A stretch of DNA of 64,000 nt from the human T2T-CHM13v2.0 reference genome, Homo sapiens. Location: the NCBI RefSeq assembly GCF_009914755.1, contig NC_060925.1. One strand, given 5' to 3'. This document shows positions 1-12,884 of the stretch, one piece after another. A program made the translations under genes and the position numbers. Position 1 is the first letter of the stretch. Each line of letters starts with the position of its first letter. Under the pieces are notes generated by a model, which did not search any database, was not told the origin of the DNA, and saw only the letters and a list, made by a program, of their open reading frames with translations.

Positions 1-584
1 CATTCATCTGTTAATGGAAATTTCAGTTGTTTCCACCTTTTGCCACTGTGAATAATGCTGCAACAGATATGGATGTACAGATGTCTCTTTGTGTCCCTGT
101 TTTCAATGCTTTTGGGTTGCAAAAGAAGAGGGATTTTTGCATATATGGTAATTTTATATTTAATTTTTTGGAACGACCATACTGTTCTCTACAGCAGCTG
201 CACCATTTTACATTTCCATCAACAGTGTACAAGGGTTTCAGTTTCCCCATATCTTCATGAACACTGATATTTTCTGTTTTTGTTTTTTAAAATAATTGCC
301 ATCCTAATGGGTATAAAGTGAAATATCATTGTGGTTTTGATTTGCATTTCCTTACTGATTAGTGATGTAAAAGATATTTTTAAAGTTTCATATTTACTGA
401 CATATTTACCATTTCCAATATTCTTCATTATTTTCATCTGGTATCATTTTCCTTCTGCCTGAAAGAATTTCTTTAATCCTTCTTATTCTTGTGCAGATTT
501 GCTGGTGGGAAAATTCTTTCAGCTTTTGTATGTGAAAAAGTCTTTATTTCACCTTCATGTTTGAAAGATATTCTTGCTGGTTAT

Positions 585-759
585 CAGGACTGACTACATA
601 CTTTGTGGGGCTCAATGCAAAATAAAAATGTAGACCCCTCTGTTCAAATATTATTAAGAATTTCAAGTCATCAACAACAGAGCATTAAACCAAGCCCGTC
701 CTTCTGAGTGCAAAGCCCTGTGTGACTACACGGGTTGTATGCACAAGAAACCTACTCTG
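585..759 (-). mobile_element. MER45A hAT-Tip100 MITE inside an old L1M
   Basis: Matches recalled MER45A; 8-bp TSD ctggttat (577-584) / ctggttgt (760-767). Confidence 0.75.
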
Positions 760-827
760 CTGGTTGTAGAATTCCAGGTGACTGCTCTTTTTTTCCTTCA
801 GCTCTTTAAAGATGTTGCTCTGTTGTC

Positions 828-1122
<295 letters not shown>

Positions 1123-1648
1123 CTTCTCTGTTGTCTTTTAATTTTCAAGTTATGCTCTCATTCTTATCCTTGTTTCTCTCTATATAATGTTCTTTTTTCT
1201 CCTGAATACTTATAAATTTTTCTCTTTATCACTGATCTTAAGCAATTTGATTAAAATGTGCCTAGGTGTGGTTACTTTCATGTTTCTCGTGCTTTGGATT
1301 TGTTACACTTACCGGATCTGTGTGTTTACAGTTTTCATTATACTTGGACAATTTTCAGCCATTATTTTTTCAAAAATTTTTGTTGCCCTCTATAACTCCT
1401 TTCCTTTAGGGACTTCAGTTACATATATATTAGGTCATTTAAATTTTTCCCATTGATCACTGATGCTCTGTTCACTTTTTGTTTTCTTTTCCTTGTTTTA
1501 TTTTTGGATCATTTTCATTGCTATGTCTTTAAGTTCACTAACTTTTTCTTCTACAGTGTCTAATCTGTTGTTAATTCCATCCAGTGTATTCTTCATCTCA
1601 GATATTGTCTTTTTCATCTCTAGAAGTTTGTAACTTTCATGTATTAAT

Positions 1649-1937
1649 TTTTTTTCTTTTTTTTTGAGATGGAGTTTCACTCTTGTCAATGTTACGGTCT
1701 CAGCTCCTTGCAACCTGCAATCTCTGCCTCCTGGGTACAAGCAATTCTCCTGTCTCAGCCTCCTGAGTAGCTGGGATTACAGGCACCCACCACCACGCCT
1801 GGCTAATTTTTGTATTTTTAGTAGAGATGGGGTTTCACCATGTTGGCCAGGGTGGTCTCAAACTTCTGACCTCAGGTGATCTGCCCACCTCCTCCCAAAG
1901 TGCTGGGATTACAGGCGTGAGGCACTGTGCCCCGCCC
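1649..1937 (-). mobile_element. AluS with small internal deletions
   Basis: TSD catgtattaat on both sides. Confidence 0.9.
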
Positions 1938-2867
1938 ATGTATTAATATTTTACTTCATTTTATCAATCTTTGTTCTACTTTCTTGAACATTTAAAATAC
2001 TATAATAACAATTCTAACATTTGTTCAGTTCTGAGTATGTTTCTGGTAATTGATTTTTCTCTTCATTTTAAGTACTGTTTCCTGCTTCTTTGCACACCTG
2101 GCAATACTTTGATTTGATACCACACATTAAACATTTTACATATTGGGTGTTAGATAGTTTTGCATTCCCATAAACATTATTGAGCTTTATTCTGGGTCAC
2201 AGTTAAGTTAGTTGGAAACAGATCCTTCTTGATCTTAAGCTTCATTATGGGGAACCCAAGCAACTTTTTAAAGATGATTAATTTTCCCCATTACTTGGGT
2301 GATACCCTTCTAAGTACTCTAGCCAATATCCTGTTAATTATGAGGCTTTTCCCACTTTAGTAGATGATGAAACAAACTACTTCCAGCCTTGTATGAGCCA
2401 AGAGGATTGTTTAATCTGATTCTCTTGTGTGGTTCTTACCCCAACCTTGGTAGTTTCCTGATATACCGATCAGTATTCAGCTGAATATTTAAGGAGACTC
2501 TCCACAGATCTCTGGAATTTTCTATTCTTTCTGGTACTCTTCCCCATGAACTCTACCTGCCTTGGCCTTCTCAAATCTCTGCATGATCTCTTCAACTCAG
2601 GCAGATCACCAGGCTCTGCCTGGATTCCCTCTCTGTGAGCTCTGGGGCAGTTAAGTAGGACAGTTGTATGGCTTACTTTGCTTGTTTCTCTCTTCTCTTG
2701 GATAACTTTCCTATGTTGTCTGATATCCAGTGTCTGAAAATAATTATTTTATATATCTTGTCCTATTTTTTAGTAATTTCTGTCAGGGGTGAAGGGGAAT
2801 GAATACCAACCCTATTACCGCATGCTGTCTGGAAGTAGAAGTGTCTTTCTAGCCACGTTATAAATTA

Positions 2868-3045
2868 GTAGTTTTCAACCCTGACTACATATTAGAATTA
2901 TTTGGGGGAGGTCTTTAAAAAGCTGATGTAAGGCTTCATTCCAGACCAATTAAATCAGACTTTTTCAGATTGAGGTCTTAGCATCAGTGTTCTTTAAATG
3001 CACTACAAGTTTTCTCATGTATACCAGGGTTAAAGAACCTCCATA
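2868..3045. mobile_element. MER5-like hAT element
   Basis: gtagttttcaaccctgactacatattagaatta ... ccagggttaaagaacc. Confidence 0.6.
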
Positions 3046-3745
3046 TTAAAGAAAAGGTTGCATTTATAGATCATTCTGAGAAACTTTTGTATTCTGTCAT
3101 TTCAGCTAAGACACAGAGGCGGTTGGCTTTTATTTTTGTAGACAGTGTGGAATTATAGAAGCTTTTAAAGAAGAGTCTGGCAGACATAGATCTTTGTTTT
3201 AGAGTTGTAAGTGTGGCAATCGTGTGAGAGATGGGCTTAAGTGGATTGAGTGAAGATCACTGAGAAACTGTTGCAAGTGGTTCACGGCCAAAGGTAATAA
3301 GGGCCTGAACACAGGCACTGGTATTGGGAATGGCGAGGAAGAGATAGGTTGGAGAATTTGAGTTAGAACTGATAGGGTTTTTTGATTAATTGAGTGTGGG
3401 AAATGAGGGAGATGGTGGAAACAAATGTTATTCTCCAGTTTATTACTCTAGACAAGTAAACTCTGTCTAAACAAATTCCTAGGCCAGTCAGAGAGTAAAT
3501 AGTAATTTCATTAACTGAGATAGATAATATGGTATGAGAAGCAGATGTCAGGGAAAGGAGAGAATTAATTTAGTTTGGGATATCCAAAAAGATATCTCAT
3601 GGAACTGTCTCCTGACCTCTAGTTTATTCTGAATCATAGGACAGAGAAGACATTTAAAAGCATATCTTTTTAGTATGCTGTATAATTTTGAACAGATTTA
3701 TCTTTCTTCTTTTATTTGACTTAATATTGAAATCTGTTTATATCT

Positions 3746-4046
3746 TTTTTTTTTTTTTTTTTTTTGAGGCGGAGTCCTGCTCTGTTTCCCACGCTGGCGT
3801 GCAGCGGCGCGATCTGGCTCACTGCAAGCTCCGCCTCCTGGGTTCACGCCACTCTCCTGCCTCAGCCTCCCGAATAGCTGAGACTACAGGCGCCCGCCAC
3901 CACACCCGGCTAATTTTTTGTATTTTTTAGTAGAGATGGGGTTTCACCGTGTTAACCAGGATGGTCTCCATCTCCTGACCTCGTGATCCGCCCGCCTCGG
4001 CCTCCCAAAGTGCTGGGATTACAGGTGTGAGCCACTGAGCTCGGCC
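3746..4046 (-). mobile_element. AluY
   Basis: 17-bp TSD gaaatctgtttatatct; CpG-rich; AluY diagnostic bases. Confidence 0.93.
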
Positions 4047-4104
4047 GAAATCTGTTTATATCTCTTAAACAAACATCAGTTAATACTGCAAGAAAGTAGA
4101 TGTT

Positions 4105-4400
4105 GGCCGTGCGCGGTTGCTCACGCCTGTAATCCCAGCACTTTGGGAGGCCTAGCGGGGCAGATCACCTGAAGTCAGGAGTTTGAGACCAGCCTGGCCA
4201 AAATGGTGAAACCCCCTCTCTACTAAAAATACAAAAAATTAGCCAGGCGTGGTGGCAGGCGCCTGTAATCCCAGCTACTCAGGAGGCTGAGGCAGGAGAA
4301 TCACTTGAACCCAGGAGGCGTAGGTTGCAGTGAGCCAGATCGCGCCACTGCACTCCAGCCTGGAAACTCCATCTCAAAAAAAAAAAAAAAAAAAAAAAGA
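4105..4400 (+). mobile_element. AluSx-like
   Basis: TSD aagaaagtag(a/t)tgt; long polyA. Confidence 0.92.
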
Positions 4401-4652
4401 AAGAAAGTAGTTGTCTTCTAGATGACAAAATGTCAAGTCAGAGATTATTGCAGACTTTTGTTTTGTTTTGGGTTTTTGACTGTGGGTGTGTCCATTCCTC
4501 CCTTCTTTGGACAATAGCCCTACTTTTTTTTGGGGGGGGGGGTGGCTAGAATTGTCTTCTTTGCCATGGTTTATAGTCTTGGTGGGAAGTTTGTTTAAGG
4601 TATCCCGAGCTAAATGATAATCTTGAGACCCACACGAGGATGATCTGATTTT

Positions 4653-4654
<2 letters not shown>

Positions 4655-4695
<41 letters not shown>

Positions 4696-4942
4696 TTTTT
4701 GAGGCGGAGTCTCGCTGTTGCCCAGGCTGGAGTGCAGTGGGGCGATCTCGGCTCACTGCAGGCTCCGCCCCCTGGGGTTCACGCCATTGTCTTGACTCAG
4801 CCTCCAGAGTTAACTGGGATTACAGGCACCCGACACCTCGCCCGGCTAATTTTTCGTATTTTTAGTAGAGACGGGGTTTCACCGTGTTAGCCAGGATGGT
4901 CTCGATCTCCTGACCTCGTGATCCGCCCGCCTCGGCCTCCCA
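4655..4942 (-). mobile_element. 5'-truncated AluYe5-like element with (TAAA)n tail
   Basis: Diagnostics gcaggctccgccccctgggg, cacctcgcccgg and the 2-bp deletion ctcgctgttgcc; TSD atgatctgatttttt. Confidence 0.85.
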
Positions 4943-6110
4943 ATGATCTGATTTTTTGAGCATTGCATCATCAGTGGAACAACATAAGAGTAGAAAAAAG
5001 TGGCCAGAACCAATCGGCCCCTTCTTGCTACCTAGATCCTAATTGCTTCCCCTGTTCCTGCCGCTCCCTATTCCTGCCCCTTCTGAGCCTGTTCTTTTGA
5101 GTCTTCAACTGTTCCTTTGATTCTGTGGGTCTCCTCTTCCAGTAAATCCTATTTTAAAAAATAGTATAGCTGGAGTCTGTTCACTGATCTTTCCAAAAGG
5201 TATATATGGAATGGCAGGCACAATACTAGGTGCTAGAATAAAATGAGGAACAAGATTATTGGATAAAGGCTCAGTGAGGACGTAGACAGAAAACAAATAA
5301 ATAAATATACAAATAAAGTGATTTCTGATATTAATAAAGTTTATTTTAAAAAAACTTCGTTAGAGAGGAATTAAAGCAGGAGGTGAAAGAACTGCAAAAC
5401 CCCTAAGGTAGAAATAAGCTTAGTGTGTTTGAGGAAGAAAATGGCCAGTGCAGCTGGAGCATAATAAATAAGAGGAGGGGGCAGAGGTGAACCTGAGCCA
5501 GGTCACCTGAGACCTCATAGGCCGTGGTAAGAAGTGGATGTTATTCTAAGGACATGGGGAAGCCAATGAAGATTTAAAACAGGAACATCATATGATCTGA
5601 AAAATATTAAAAAGTCACTTTGCTATTGGAAAACAGACCTTAGGAGGCCAAGAGTGGAAGGAAGGGAGCTGCTTTGCTGGCTATTGCAGTAAGTAACACC
5701 AATGTGAGATCATAGCGATTTACATCATGGCGGTAGCAGCGGGGCTGGTAAGAAGAGAAGGACTGAGCCTTCTAGCAGATAACTTGGTACCCTGCAGATC
5801 CCGAAAACAAAACCAACAAAGAAGATAACTGGGGGATAAAAAAAGACAACTTCATGGTTGGAGTCTTTATATTAAGTTTTGTTTGAAGCCTCTGTTTGAG
5901 GTTTTTTGCTTCACCCTGGTGGAGGTTTTCTCCCCAGTCATTATGAGGGTGGGAGTTAGATGGTGGGACAAAGAGATAGAGGTCACTCAAATGAAAAGGA
6001 CCCTGGATAGTATTAGGAATATCTTCACACAGGGTTGCATATGGTGACCAAATGGTGGTAGCGCCCACGGTGGGAGGGGTAGCAGACATGGTGATGGTAT
6101 TTCCCTAGAA

Positions 6111-6433
6111 CAGGGGTCCCCAGCCCCCAGAGCATGGACTGGTACTGGTCCTGGCCTGTTAGGACCCCGGCTGCATAGCAGGAGGTGAGTGGCAGGCCAG
6201 CGAGCATTACCCCTGAGCTCCACCTCCTGTCGATCAGCAGACCAGCAGCTGCATTCAATTCTCATAGGAACGGGAACCCTATTGTGAACTGGGCATATGA
6301 AGGATCTAGGTTGCCTGCTTCTTATGAGGATCTAATACCTGATGATCATTCCAAATCCATCCCCCACCCTGTCCATGGAAAAGTTGTCTTCCTTGAAAAT
6401 GGTTCCTGGTACCAAAAGGGTTGGAGACCACTG
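6111..6433 (+). mobile_element. MER1B hAT-Charlie element
   Basis: caggggtcccca ... ttggagaccactg TIRs; 8-bp TSD ccctagaa/ccctagga. Confidence 0.85.
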
Positions 6434-7892
6434 CCCTAGGACACTTTAACCTCTTCATGAAGTTGCCTGTTCTCTTAGATTTATTTGCTAGAGCAGCCTC
6501 ATAACTATAGGTGATTCATACTAGGTCTCACAGGAGTTCCAAACAGAATTCTGTAATGATTTTATATTGTGAAACCTGACATCTCATGGCAGCAACATTA
6601 TCATTATCACCATAATTACATATATAATTACATGATTAATATTTATTGAGTAAATGATAAATGCTAGGCCCTATCTTAAACATTTCATAAGAATAATATT
6701 ATTTAATTCTCACTATAATTCTGTGAGAAAGATGCTATCGTGATCCCGTTTTATAGAGAGGTTAGGTAATTTGACAAGATCACACAGTTATGAAATGGTA
6801 GAAGTTGTGTTTAATTGGCAGGTGTTGATTTTCTGTTTCATGTGTATTAGAGTAATTGTTTTTGTGCATCTTGTATGTTTTTAAAATTTTTTCCTAGGTT
6901 TGCTTTTTGTTAAAAAGTAAACCAAAACAAAACAAATGAAGACTATAAAACGAAAACCTTTGGTAGAACTTGGGCAAAAATGGTCTGGTCTTCAAGTTAG
7001 CATACCAAGTATGAAAATGTCATCTGTTTAAAAATACTAAGCTGCATGATTAAAATTTGACCTTGTGAAAATTTGCTTTCTAATTTATATGGCACACCAC
7101 CTGAAGGCCAGCACAGAGAAATATATGACCTGTTTAAAACGAAAGGAAGTGTACCTGGGCACGACCAAGAATCTATCAAAAAAGCATCAGAAAGCTCCAT
7201 ATTAAGGTTAATAAAAATAGGTGAACCGCACATTTCAAAGGAGAATCTGGGACACTATTCAAATAACAAAGACTTAAAGCAGGCTGGGTTCACTGCCCAG
7301 AATAATAGGCACATGCATTTACAGAATGGGGGGATTTTGTCCACTGTACGCATGCTCATTCACACTCACATCTAACCCTACAACACCAGCTCCGAGAAAG
7401 TGGATGCAATGAAGGAAATGTTAACATGAGCGGTGACCCTAGTGTACAAACAATATCAAATTTTAGATTCTTTTTGTTTCCATGATAGTCTAATCTGTAT
7501 TATCTTTTGGCTATATCAACCTTGACTTTGAAATCTCCAAATAAACATTTCAACCAAAATGTACGGCTGTATTGTAATTTCAGCAAGAAGGGTTTTCATT
7601 GTTTGCACATATCTTCAAAAAGAAAAAAAAGTGTGCTTGGTAGTAATCAAAAGCACATTCTCGAGTGAGCATGCTTTGGTGGTATATTCTACAGACTGGG
7701 AAAGGTCCTACTTATCACTCTCAAATTTTCAGCATACATCTAGTTTCCTGATGTGCAGCGTTAAAAAACTGCTCTGACTTCTTTGTCTTTCTTTACTGTA
7801 GAGAGAATAATAGCTTCTTTGTGAATGGGAGAGCTGGGTCTCTAACTCCACAGAATGACCTTGGATTGGGGAAAGGTTCAGAAGTCTGTGTG

Positions 7893-8412
7893 TTTGTTAC
7901 TATTACTATTGCTGCATAGCAAATCACCTCAGTGGCTGAAAACTGCAAGTATTTAGTACTCACAGTTTTGGAGGGTCAGAAATCTGGGAGCAGCTTAGCT
8001 GGTTAGAATTGCCTCAAGTTCTCTCATGAGGTTGCAGTCAAGCACTCAGCTGGGGCTGCTGTCATCTCAAGACTCGACAGGGGCTGAAAGGTCCGTTTTC
8101 AGACTCACGCACACGGTATTTGGCAGGCTTTAGTTCCTGTCCACACAATAGGTCTGCTTATAACACGGTAGCTTAGTTCCCCCAGCACAACTGATCTAAA
8201 AGAAAGAGAGCATGCATACTCCAAATGGAAGCCACAGTTGTTTTTGCTTTTTAAAAAATAATCTAATCTCGGAAGCAACATTCCGTCACTGCTGCCCTAC
8301 TGTATTCATTACAAATGAGTACTAGATCCATCCCAGACTCAAGGCGAGGGAATTACACAAGGGTTTGATGACCAGGGATCACTGGGGACCAACTTAGAGA
8401 CTGCCTATTACA
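7893..8412 (-). mobile_element. MLT1F-like solo LTR
   Basis: Typical MLT1 motifs (ctcacagttttggagggtcagaaatctgggagcagcttagctgg ... gactgcctattaca). Confidence 0.7.
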
Positions 8413-9056
8413 GTCTGCATCCATTACCTGAGCTCCTGGACACCAGAGGAGCAGCAGAATTAGTTCTCTCTTTCTTCTTCTGGAACAAGACTAGTACAAA
8501 CTAAGCACAAAAGGGAAGGGGGAGTATAACCAGAGCTGAGGCTGAAGACTATGCCAAGCTATGTAAGCCTTATTAAAGATTTTTGTCTATATCCTCAGAA
8601 CAATAACAAACTCAGACTCTGCTTGCCTCAGTCATCCCTTCAACCACCGCTGGAAGACATTGCTGGCAGTGACTGGCCCTGGGGACTTCAGTGTCTTCTT
8701 GCGTGCCTTAAAGGCTAAGGTTCACATCTATGGCTCCAGTGTCCTACCCGAGGGTAGGTTAAAAGAATGACATGGGTGACTCAAGACTAGAGAAGTGCCT
8801 GGCCCTGTGAGGCAGACATATTAATAGTTTGAGAGGCAAGAAGTCGGGCCCCAGGTTCCCACCATGAGGAACTAGGAAGCCATAGAAGGAAAATGCAAAT
8901 GCCACACACCTGCAGGTGCCTGGCGGGTAGCATAAATAAGTGAACCTGCTTAGGTGTAAGGGCATAGGGAATAGTGTTGGTGACTGTGACTGTGACTTTC
9001 TGGACCATTGACCAAACAAAATACATCAGTGAAGGCAAGTCTCTAGGATAGTACCA

Positions 9057-9070
9057 CCAGCAGGGGGCAC
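9057..9070 (+). promoter_or_regulatory. Putative CTCF binding site
   Basis: CCAGCAGGGGGCAC fits the CTCF core CCASYAGRKGGCRS at every position; non-repeat context. Confidence 0.55.
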
Positions 9071-9694
9071 CTGCAGATGGTTTTCATTGTCACAAAATTA
9101 GGTTTGGTACTTGGGGATGAGCAGCTATTCACAGTAGAGAAGCTCCAGTTTGAAGTATCCTACACTACTTGAATTCACTACAGGCTGCATGGAGGAAGCA
9201 GCATGGCCACTTTGATTTCCAGAACTACCCGTACACAATGTGAAAAGAAGAATAGAGGTGAGGTGGATTTGGTTTTGGAGGTGAGTGAGCAGGTGCCTCC
9301 AAATAAGAGTTGGGGCTCAAGGTTTTCTTTAAAAAGATAGACTCTTGAAAAATTGCACTCTAGTTACATTAGTGCCAACTCATGAGGTCACCTGTTCTTT
9401 TTTCCCTCTCCCATTATCTCCCCTTTCTACCCCATTCTACCCTCTCCCTGATGCCCTATACATCACAGAAACTTGCCCTTGAGATGTAAGACTGTTTGGA
9501 AGGAGGTTGGAAGAGCTGGCCTTGGCTCAGAGAGTTGCTTTTACCTTGTGGTATCTTAAAGGTGCCACCTGATGTCCAACCATTCATAACAGACAGAGAG
9601 CTGTTGCCAACAAGGTCAGCAGAACATAGCACTAGAGAGCACCAGAGGAGACACCTAAAGATGTGGCTTTTGGCACATCATCTGGGGATGAACA

Positions 9695-9934
9695 AGTTGG
9701 GCCTGGACTAGGACGAAGCAAGTAAGACACTCCCTGAATCATGAAAATGCAGGGTCAGATCCTGTCTTTATTTAAAGTTTTGATATTTTGTTCATTGTGG
9801 ATTTGTTTTGCATTACTATTTTTCTAAAATATTGCATTAAAATATGATTTATCTTGATTACCGAGATTTTGGCACGCTTTAAACTTCGCACCTCAGGTGA
9901 GTGCCTTGCTCCTCTCATCCTAGTTCCAGCCCTG
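9695..9934. mobile_element. MER96B-like hAT MITE
   Basis: Imperfect TIRs gggcctggactaggacgaagcaag / cttgctcctctcatcctagttccagccctg around an AT-rich core. Confidence 0.65.
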
Positions 9935-10264
9935 AATACCTTAACAGTTGAATCAAAGTTTGAACCAATTGATCTGGTCCATCAGCACCAGACCCTTCTG
10001 GTTTGGATTTTTTTTTCCCTCCCTCTATCTCCTAAGAATGTACCGAAGCCAGCAAATAAAGGATGCAATAATTCTCTTCTGTATACCACAAGCTCTGAGC
10101 CTGGGCCAGCTTGGGTATTTCTGTACCTCTCTGTCTGTTATTATTATATCACACGCATAGCCTAAAACTGGGATACTTTTATCTGAATAAAAGATTATTC
10201 TGGTCGAAAGGAATTGTGATGGTTAATGTTGGATGTGCTTGTTCTTTTACCAAACTGATATAAT

Positions 10265-10560
10265 GTTTTGTTTTGGTTTTTGAGACGGCGTCTGGCTCTT
10301 TCACCCAGGCTGGAGCGCAGTGGCACAGTCTCCACTCACTGTGACCTCTGCCTCCCAGGCTCAAGCCACTTTCCTACCTCAGCCTCCTGAGTAGCTGGGA
10401 CTACAGATGTGCACCAGCACGCCTGGCTAATTTTTGTTGTATTTTTTGTAGAGATGGGTTTCACATGTTGCCCAGGCTGGTCTCGAACTACTGTGCTCAA
10501 GCCATCTGCCTGCCTCACCTCCGACAGTGCTGGGATTACAGGCATGAGGCGTGGCACCCT
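10265..10560 (-). mobile_element. AluJ-like
   Basis: Diverged antisense Alu dimer. Confidence 0.88.
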
Positions 10561-11025
10561 ACCCCTATGGCATTAACTCCTAAAGCCACTTGAACTTTGC
10601 AAAGATAAAGGACTGTTGAGTTTTGCTCACCTTTTGTCCAGAATTGCCAGATGTTTGATACGGTACTCAACAGCTCAGTATTTTGACATTTTATATGCTA
10701 AAATAAAAATGAAAACAAAAGCGAATACAGAACGTGAGATTTTTCTCATTAAAATTTCTTCCTCGTGTGAAGCTTTCTGAGGCTGTATCTTGATATTTTT
10801 GAACCTTTGCCAGCTGGAAGAAAGGACAAAACAGCTGTTCTAAACTGCCAAGAAATTGGCTGGTGCATAGAAGAGGGAATTTGTCTTTGTTGTATATTTT
10901 GCCTTTGTCCTGGGAGTGATTATTTTGATCAGCACTTTTGGTTGTACAGATGTGAGCCAAATATCTAGCAGAGGGTAGCTCCTGATTTTAGTTAAGTAAT
11001 TCACTGCTGAGACTTCAGATTATGA

Positions 11026-11386
<361 letters not shown>

Positions 11387-11520
11387 AAGGGTGTTATATT
11401 CTTTTACATAATACAGTTATGCAACGATTTTAAATATTCTTCGGAGATACACATTAAATATTTAGGGGTGAAGAATCTACATCTTACTCTCAAATAGTTC
11501 ATCAAAATAATACTAATGTT

Positions 11521-11557
11521 TGTGTCTGTGTGCTTGTGTGTGTGTGTGTGTGTGTGT
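11521..11557 (+). repeat. (TG)n microsatellite, interrupted
   Basis: Direct reading. Confidence 0.9.
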
Positions 11558-11834
11558 AAAGAGAGAAAACAAATGTGGCAAAATGTGAACGATCTATGAA
11601 GCAATTGAAAGATTTACAGGACTTTATTGTGCTAGTTTTACAACTTTACTATATGTTGAAAATTTTAAATTTTTCAAGCTGGAAAGTTAAAAAAATCAGT
11701 GTTACTTTTCACTCATATGTGTGTATGAGTGAAAGTTATTATATATGGCTTCAGGGACCAGCTAGTAGATGGCATGATACAAGAAACAAAGGCAAGGACC
11801 ATGGATATATATGGCTATCTTGTCCTTAGAGGTA

Positions 11835-12136
11835 TTTTTTCTTTTTTTTAAGAGACAGGGTCTTGCTCACTGTCACCCAGGCTGGAGTGCAGTGGTGTGA
11901 TTACAGTTCACTGTAGGCTCAACTCCTGGGCTCAAGTGATCCTCCCACCTCAGCCTCCAGAGTAGCTGGAACTAGTGGTTTGCACTACCATCCCTAGATA
12001 ATTTTTAAATTTTTTTTTGTAGAGACAAGATCTCGCTATGTTGCACAGGCTGGTTTCGAACTCCTGGCCTTAAGTGATCCTCCTGCCTCAGCCTCCTGAA
12101 GTGTTGAAATTATAGGCATGAGCCACTGAACGTGGC
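11835..12136 (-). mobile_element. AluJ
   Basis: Diverged antisense Alu with J-type ctcctgggctcaagtgatcctccc. Confidence 0.88.
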
Positions 12137-12733
12137 AGCAATATTTTTTTTTTCTAATTCAGAATCCAATCCAAGATCTGAACTAGGATCATGCATTCCA
12201 TTTAGTTATTGTTATCACTATGGATTTTTAAAGCAGTCTGGATTGATTGACACATGCTCCTTTGACTTGTACTGGAACTACTTGCCCCATCCTGGAAAAT
12301 GACTCGGATTTTAGCGATGGTGTGATTGTCATGAATGCCTTGAAAGCTATTTATGAATTTATTCCAGTATTGTTTCTGGTCCCAGAAATGTATTTATTGA
12401 CCCCAACATCAGTCCCTTCAATTTTTGAGATCTGATATCTATGTTCAAATCAAGGAGAATTATTCATGTAATTCACACAAGTCTTCCCTCACTATTCCAA
12501 CCCCCTTTCCAGAAATTTACATACCATATTTCTTGCATGATTTCCCCTCTCCCAACGTCAGATACAGATAAATAGTGGGTGTTGAAAGGATAAAGGGGAT
12601 TGTGTGAGTAAATTACCACCAGCTGTCTGAAGGCTTGGTTGTAATTTCTTTCCTTGAGGTTTGAGGTTTTTGTTATGGCTGACAGACAAGGCTAACCATT
12701 GAAAGGGATGGATCTGAATAAACACACACACAC

Positions 12734-12851
12734 GGTTGACAGTAATTATTTATTGAATGAATGAATGAATGAACGAATGAATGAGATAATGCATCAGAAA
12801 TACTGTGTACATTTTAAGGCATTGTCCCAGTTGTCTATTCCTGCATAAACA
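12734..12851 (+). repeat. Dispersed ~110-bp direct duplicate of 20840-20941
   Basis: Near-identical ggtt(g/c)acagtaattatttatt...gagataatgcatcagaaatactgtgt...ttgtctattcctgcataaaca at both sites. Confidence 0.93.
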
Positions 12852-12884
12852 CACACACACACACACACACACTCACACACACAC
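12849..12884 (+). repeat. (CA)n microsatellite
   Basis: Direct reading. Confidence 0.95.
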
